Assembly: GCA_965240325.2 (NCBI GenBank)
Contig: OZ251243.1
Span: 124,001 to 188,000, forward strand
Source of the DNA: Rebecca billardiae RCC1528
Taxonomy: Eukaryota; Protista; Haptophyta
Direction of reading: 5' to 3'
Length of the DNA: 64,000 bases
A program made the translations under genes and the position numbers. The notes beneath the pieces are model-generated. The model saw nothing but the letters and a program-made list of their open reading frames with translations. It was not told the DNA's origin and did not search any database. Of the stretch, positions 57,275 to 64,000 are shown in pieces. The stretch's first letter is position 1; every line of letters starts with the position of its first letter.

Positions 57275-57676
57275 TGTTGCGGAAGCCGGTGAAGGGGGCG
57301 CCGTGGCAAGCGGCGGACTCACTGTCGGGTGCTGAAGTTGGGCAGGCCGATTGCGGCCCAGCCGAAGCGTTTGCCCGAGCCGCCCGCGGAGTGGAAGTTG
57401 TAATCCGGGGGCGAGCAAGTTCCGAAGGACTTCCCTGCCAGCCCGATTTTGTATGAGGTGGCAACCAGGCCGCTCTAATCAGTGAGCGGCCTGCTCGCGA
57501 TCTCGGGTACGGCCGGCGGCCTCGACGTTTCCGCGACCCGGACACTGGCGACAGGTGATGTCATCGATGTCCGGGTCCGACAGCCGGAAGAGTCCGAAGA
57601 GGCGAGGACTCTCACAGGACTCTCGGACCTCGCTCCCCGGACTGGGCGCCCGTGGTTGGTGGGTGTGATCGGCACG

Positions 57677-58214
57677 ATGGCCGATGCCGAAATGCCCACG
57701 GCGGACATCCCGCCGAATCACACGGTGTACGTGAACAACCTGAACGACCGGATCAAGAAGGACGAGCTGCGCAAGCAGCTGTACTGCCTCTTCTCGCAGT
57801 TCGGCGTCATCCTCGACGTCGTCGCGCTCAAGACGCCCAAGATGCGCGGGCAGGCGTTCGTCACGTTCCGCGACATCAGCTCGGCGACGCAGGCGGTGCG
57901 CTCGTTGCAAGGGTTCGACTTCTTCGAGAAGAAGATGCGCCTGCAGTACAGCAAGCACAAGGGGAACGTTGTCAAGCAGCTCGAGGGCACCTACGACCCG
58001 CGCAAGCTCGCGAAGAAGAAGGTGATCGAGTTTGGGAAGCCAAAGGACGAGGCGGGAGCGGCGGGAGCGGCGGGCGCGGCGGCGGGCGACGGCGCGGCCG
58101 AGCCGGGCGGCCCCGCGGCGGGTGCTGGCGAGAGCGCAGCCGACGCGGCCGCGCGTCTCATGCCGCCGCCGCCGCCGCCGCCGCCCGCAGCCGCCGCTGG
58201 CGAGCCCGACGGCC

Positions 58215-58245
<31 letters not shown>

Positions 58246-58489
58246 GGCAGAGCCGCCGCACCGCATCCTCTTCGTGCAGAACCTGCCGGAGCAGGTGAAC
58301 GAGATGATGCTCAAGCTGCTCTTCCAGCAGTTTGACGGGTTCGGGGAGGCGCGCCTCGTGCCGGGGAAGCCGGGCATCGCGTTCGTCGAGTTCGCCTCCG
58401 AGCCCGAGGCGACGGTCGCGATGGGCGCGCTGCAGGCATTCAAGGTCACGCCGACACACCTCATGCAGATCAGCTACGCCAAGGCGTGA
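57677..58489 (+). CDS. SNRPB2: U2 snRNP B''/U1A/SNF family two-RRM spliceosomal protein
   Basis: PNHTVYVNNLNDRIKKDELRKQL, DVVALKTPKMRGQAFVTF (loop 3 of U2B''/SNF type), and a second RRM PPHRILFVQNLP...GIAFVEF...MQISYAK. Confidence 0.9.
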
Positions 58490-58818
58490 CTGACGCGCGT
58501 GCGGCCGAGCTGCGAGGGCGGCGTGAGCCGAGCGGTCGAGCTCGGGCGCGTTCCAGAAGCTGCTCCCTGCTCGACACGTCGGCTGAGCGCCGCCTGGTCA
58601 TATGATGCCCGTGCAGTGATTCGAGGATGAATTTTGACACATGGGCATCAAGCGACGGCAGCCGGCAACGCCAAAGGGCCGTGGAAGCGCCAAGCGGCGC
58701 GGCGGCAGCAGGCTGCACGAGGCTCGGAGAGGCCGAGCTGGTCTGAGTATAAGATGTCCTCACAGACCTCAGGGTCTGAGAGTCAGACTCATCATCTCAG
58801 AGCAGCATAGGCTCTGGT

Positions 58819-59746
58819 CACTGTCCGGGACGTCCAGCAGGGGTGCATTTAACCATTTGGGGGGGTCTGGGGGGGCTCCCCCCAGCCGATCGAAGGACCA
58901 AATACGCCTCAATAAGGCCCCAACTCGCCAGAATTCGCATAGCAGACCGTGTTCGCTGGTGTTGGCTGAGGGCTGCGTCGTGCGGCGTCGGCTCTGCGCC
59001 GGGCGGCCATGACGCATTACACACAGCCCCGATATCGGCGCCTCCCTCGCGAGTCAAGACGTAGCGCAGTGCAGGATCGAGCAACGCATTGACCGCTGCG
59101 GCGCACCGCGCAGGCCACGCCGCACCTCAGCACTCGCGAACAAGCTCTGAGCCAGCCAGCTGTGGCAGTCCTCTGAGGAGCTGCAGCCAAGCACGAGCTC
59201 GTGCGCATACCCGTGGCACCACGAGCTGACGGCGCGGCCCGGGGCGCGAGCAGCTAGAAGCCGACAAGCTCATGCGCACGCCCGCACCGCCGCGAGGTGT
59301 GGCCGCCGGCGCGAGCAGCTCGACGCGGACCGCACGCAGCTTGCTCGAGTCGACGAGCAGCTTCTCGCCCATCGGTGACTCTCAGTGCACGAAGGTGCAC
59401 CCGGGGCGCGAGCGCGACAGGGTGCCGCGGCCAACCAGCGGATGCGCCCGGATCAAGGCCTCCAAGGCGTCTCGTCTCCTCGCCCGCTCGGCGGAGCTCC
59501 ATCGTGCGAGAGACCGGTCCGGGAGCCCAAAAAAAAGTTCAGCACGATGGAGTCCTCCGTGTTCGGCTGTGACGACGCGTTCAAGGACAAAGAAACATAC
59601 GAAATCGTCTGCGGCTTCGGTTTTGAACCTGCGGCTTCGTCCGCCGCCCCGGAGATCTTTCGATTGGTACCCTCATCGCTCCCTGGCTCCCAGGGGTTCG
59701 TCTAAATGCACCCCCCCCATAGGGTCAGTGGACGTCCCTGACTGTG
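58819..59746. mobile_element. Non-autonomous TIR element (MITE-like, about 930 bp) with CAC...GTG ends
   Basis: Left end CACTGTCCGGGACGTCCA..GGGGTGCATTTA; reverse complement of right end CACAGTCAGGGACGTCCA..GGGGTGCATTTA. No clean TSD. Confidence 0.65.
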
Positions 59747-59875
59747 GCTGGAGCCCACACTGCAGTACCTACCCACCCATACGGCCACTGTGTGCTCACT
59801 TGATGTCATTGTAGTTTGTACATGTACTCAATCGATGAAATCGGAAAGATTCTGCATTATTTTCTGCTGCTGTTA

Positions 59876-60936
59876 GAGGCCACTTCACCGAAATCCAGGT
59901 TGGGGAGGATCTCCGCTGCACTGGTGGGGAGGATGTCATCCTCCCCGCTCGCCACGGCTGGGGAGGATGTCCGCCGCGCTGTCCGGTCTTTCGCCGCTGA
60001 CAAAACTTTCGAAAACGAAAGTCGCGCCATGGCGGACCCGGTGTTCCCGCCCGGCGGCGAAAGGGGCGCGGGGCCGGTGGCTCGCGATCCGAAGGGCAGT
60101 AGCTCGCGACCTCGCTTGGGCGGTGGCAGCGGCGCTGTGGCACGGCGTGTACCATCCGCGCGGCTGTGCGCGATCGCGCGGTCCCGTTCGTCGCCACGCC
60201 GCGCGCGACCGTTCACGCCACAGTCTTTCCGCACTGGCATGCACCCGTTGCAAGCGCATGACGGCGGAGAGCTCAGAGAGCCCGTCACGCGCGTGACGAC
60301 CGTGTGGGATGGGTTGTGCCGATATGAAGGCTGCCCTTCGTAGGCTTTCTGATGAGCCCATCCAACGTTCAGACCATTCCTAATTGCTGAAAGCCACACG
60401 GCCATGGAGTTGTGGACAGTACAGCAGCCGTCCATGATCCTCATGCCCGCCTCATGGGCCGGCGCGTGCCTCCCTGAACATGAAGACAAGCTGTACAACC
60501 CATCCCACACGGTCGTCACGCGCGTGACGGGCTCTCTGAGCTCTCCGCCGTCATGCGCTTGCAACGGGTGCATGCCAGTGCGGAAAGACTGTGGCGTGAA
60601 CGGTCGCGCGCGGCGTGGCGACGAACGGGACCGCGCGATCGCGCACAGCCGCGCGGATGGTACACGCCGTGCCACAGCGCCGCTGCCACCGCCCAAGCGA
60701 GGTCGCGAGCTACTGCCCTTCGGATCGCGAGCCACCGGCCCCGCGCCCCTTTCGCCGCCGGGCGGGAACACCGGGTCCGCCATGGCGCGACTTTCGTTTT
60801 CGAAAGTTTTGTCAGCGGCGAAAGACCGGACAGCGCGGCGGACATCCTCCCCAGCCGTGGCGAGCGGGGAGGGTGACATCCTCCCCACCAGTGCAGCGGA
60901 GATCCTCCCCAACCTGGATTTCGGTGAAGTGGCCTC
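59876..60936. mobile_element. Foldback-type non-autonomous DNA transposon: 442-bp near-perfect TIRs, 177-bp spacer, 5-bp TSD TGTTA
   Basis: Arms 59876-60317 and 60495-60936 (one mismatch seen), GAG...CTC termini, TGTTA at 59871-59875 and 60937-60941. Confidence 0.9.
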
Positions 60937-62646
60937 TGTTAACACGGCCTCGGAACGTCGACGCGTCGTACAAGTACATGATGACCAAGGCCGGCGACGA
61001 CTGCAAATACTTCAGCGGCATCCCTGGGCACCTACTGCCTCCGTGTGATCAGCATCGGCGACGACTAGGTCCTCACCCGCGGCTTGTGACTCAAACCCGT
61101 GAAAGGCGGCACCGTGCCCCCGGTGCCGCTGCGAGCGGACCTCGCGAGCGTCGGTGCGGACGAATACGGCCCGTGCGCGCGGACGCGACGAGCCTGGTAG
61201 TCGACCAAGGTCATACGTAGTCCCCAGGTACGCGTCGGCGGTCGCTCCTCGCCTCTCTCCGCCAACGCGAGCAGCGCGCGCAAAGGCGTCGCGGCTCGGA
61301 TGCAACTCGCACCGCGCACGCACGTGCACTGCGCCCACCTGATGACCGTGCAGGACCCAAAATCGTTGGTGTCGGGTAGGCCTATGGTTACTGCGACCAG
61401 GCGCGCGCGTGCGCCCGCAACATGAGGACGTACACTGCCCACGCACGGGCATGACAGAGTGCGTCGACACGCGCAATTCAAACGCAGTCGTGTAGCAGAG
61501 CCAACAACTCACTCTAGAGACGCCTCGAGACAGACCACTGAGCGCGGGGAAGACGCATAACATCCATGTGCACGCTGCCCACCGGGCGCACCAGGGGCTA
61601 GAGCGCAGCTCGGCCTCTGGGTGCAGCTTCTCATCCGGCGTGTGCAAGCTGAGTCACGTCGCCGGCGTCGCACGGCGCCCGCGCTGAGCAACGCGGGTGA
61701 GATGAGGTGACGAGCGGCGGCAGAGGGCGGCAGTACACGTGCTCTTGCTCGGCGCACCACGCGCCGCGCGCGCGGGGACGTCCTCGCGGCCTACGTCGCG
61801 TTCTCGCGCGGCGGCGCGACGTGGGAAGGGCGACCCGGACTCAAACCTCGCAGCGCCCGCGGCAGCGGCGGCCGCGCCCGGACTCGAAGAATGCCTCAGG
61901 AGGGGGGGGGGGCCTCCTGAGGCCAAGGAGACTTTAAAAATCCACCTGAGGCATTCGCTTCACGCGTTTGTCTCAGAAGCCCGCGGCCAACGCGCTCGAC
62001 ACCCTCTGTCTCCAATCAGTACTTCGACAGACGAATCAGGGACGGTAATTTTCTCTCGTCTGAAGCCTGCATATTTAAAACACGAAGCCGGTCGAAGCGG
62101 CACGAAGCCGGTTCTGCCGCGGGGCGGCGGATCGCGCAGGCCGCGCGAGCAACGATCCCCGCCGTCTACGCCTTCATGCGAGGCGCGAGAGCGGCCGATG
62201 CGGATGGTGGAGTCTCTGCCTCCGCGTAGAAGACACCTGACCCTGTCCGCCCCGCTGACCAGGAGCCGCGCGGCAGCCGGCGCAACGGCGGCGCGGCGGT
62301 GGCGCCAACCGAATACCGGGCTGCGCCGGCTCGGCTGCGAGTTCGCCATCTTCCACGAAGACACGAACGCGAGACAGCTGGCATGATGATGAGGAGGGCG
62401 AAGATGATGTCTTGTTCCGATACGCCTCTCGCGGATTGGATCATGCTCAGCATGGTTACGTGCTCGGGCGCAAGCGCATCCAGTCCCTGCTGAGGCTGTA
62501 AGGTTCCGGCAGCAAGCGGACGAGGTGGGGCGGTGCGAGCGCGATGCTGAGGCGAGCGGCAGAGCCCCTTCCAACTCGGATGCCATCAGAAGCTGCCTGC
62601 GCGCCCGCGACGTCGAAGACTCAGCGGACAACCGGGCCACGGTAGT

Positions 62647-63130
62647 GGTAGCGCGGGTGAGATCCAGCCACGCCCCGGAGGCTGTTGGCGGGCAGACCGT
62701 GCGCGGCGCGGCTGCGCGGCTGCGATGCCACTTCTCGCTGGCTCGCGGCTACAGTCGGCTGCGTGGACTGATCCTAGTAGCGGGTGTGTGTGGAGGGCTA
62801 GCCCGCCCGCGGTGGTGGTGGTAGCGCGTGTGACATCACAGCCGCGCCCAGGGCTGTCGAGTGCCGGCGGGCCAGGCGATCGCATGCTATTGCTGCGCGG
62901 CTGCGACACTGCTGGCTCGCGGCCACAATTGGCCGCTGACAAGGGCGCGCGAGGGCTGGTTTCAATACTAGCAGCGGTTTGCGCGTGCGTGCGCGCGGAG
63001 CCTCTGCGCCTTTGCGCCGCAGGGCTCGGCTCAAGCCGGTGGTGAGGGTAGCGCGGGTGAGATCACAGCCGCGCCCAGTGGCTCAGCTCGGCTGGCGCGC
63101 GGCGGCGCCGAGCCGTGCGACGCTGCTCGG
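62647..63130. repeat. Degenerate tandem repeat, three units
   Basis: GGTAGCGCG(G/T)GTGA(G/C)ATC(A)CAGCC(G/A)CGCCC at 62647, 62820 and 63047. Confidence 0.7.
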
Positions 63131-63750
63131 TGTCAGGCTGCACTCACGGCCGGAATCGGCCGCCGGCGAGGGCGCACGAGGGCCCAATAGACACGCCCCG
63201 GCCCAGGCACGCCCCGGTCTGCCTCAAGCTGCTGATGGTCTGCCTCCAGGTGCTGCACCAGCTCGGCGGGCTGCGGCCGCGCGGCGGCGCCGAGAGCGGC
63301 TACGCGGGGACGGGGACGGGGAGCCGGCGGTGATGGCGGGAGCTGGGACAAACGAGCGGGCACGCAAGCTCACGAGCGGGCCACGCCGGGGCGGGCGCGC
63401 GACCACGAGCGGGCCATGCAGGGGCGGGCCAGGGGCGGCGGGCGCCGGCACGGCGGTGGCGGGAACCGGGACCGCCATTTTTTGCTCTTGCAGGCGCGCG
63501 TGGCGCTGGTCCGGGCGTTCGCTGCTCGGTCCGGCAGCCCGCTTCTGCGCGCTTCAGAACGGCTTCAGCCGGGGCTGAAGCCGTATGTGGGCAAAGACGA
63601 GATGAGACAGCCTCACACCTTGAAAACTTATGCCAGCTTCTTGTTTTCTATATGTGTACGAAGTGTATACAGGAGAGCTGCGCCCTCGTGCCTGTGTCTT
63701 TAAATCATAGAATTGGTCCGCTCTCGCTTCCAACCGGCCTTCGATCGGGC

Positions 63751-64000
63751 ATGCCATGGCAGCAGGTCGCCAGCGGCGTGGCGTGCTTGCTCGCTGCGCT
63801 GCTGTGCCTCGGCACGTGGCCATCGCTCCTCGAGCTCAGCGCGCGTCGTGGGCGCAACGCTGCGCTGGCGTTCGCCGACTACGTCAGCGCCTACTTCGGG
63901 CTGACGCTCGTCGTGGGCGCGCTGTGCGCGCGAGACGAGCTGCGCGCGCTCAGACGTGAGAGCGCACCGCTCGTGGCGGCTGCGCTCGGCGGCGGCGCGT
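63751..64000 (+). CDS. Ureide permease (UPS)-family transporter, 5' part only
   Basis: MPWQQVASGVACLLAALLCLGTWPSLLELSARRGRNAALAFADY...VAAALGGG resembles the plant ureide permease N-terminus (LGTWP...RRGR...DY). Confidence 0.8.
   Translation, partial: MPWQQVASGVACLLAALLCLGTWPSLLELSARRGRNAALAFADYVSAYFGLTLVVGALCARDELRALRRESAPLVAAALGGGA

Overview
Very GC-rich eukaryotic DNA with spliceosomal introns. Composition, the CCCTAA telomere-type repeats and the gene set fit a GC-rich alga such as a haptophyte (inference). The window holds about 14 host genes: FAD oxidoreductase, GT25-like/STIMATE-like membrane protein, acylated ankyrin protein, UAP56/DDX39, receiver-cyclin Y fusion, F-box/Kelch protein, TEX261/Svp26, a possible ciliary protein, AGC kinase-SnoaL-PAS-LOV protein, bZIP factor, U2B''/U1A-family snRNP protein, ureide permease and two small hypotheticals. 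It also holds a 13.5-kb nest of two young, intact Ty1/copia LTR retrotransposons, a probable Helitron remnant and several non-autonomous DNA elements. Three results stand out. (1) An 'inverted phototropin': an N-terminal AGC kinase and a C-terminal canonical LOV domain (GRNCRFLQ) that only appears after splicing. (2) Both copia elements split Gag-PR from IN-RT-RH at a canonical -1 slippery heptamer followed by a stop and an RNA structure; they also lack a tRNA primer-binding site (an 8-bp palindrome sits there instead) and lack the integrase HHCC zinc ligands. (3) A phospho-accepting two-component receiver domain fused to a cyclin-Y-type cyclin. Gene models were spliced and translated by hand, and family calls rest on remembered motifs; no database search was run.
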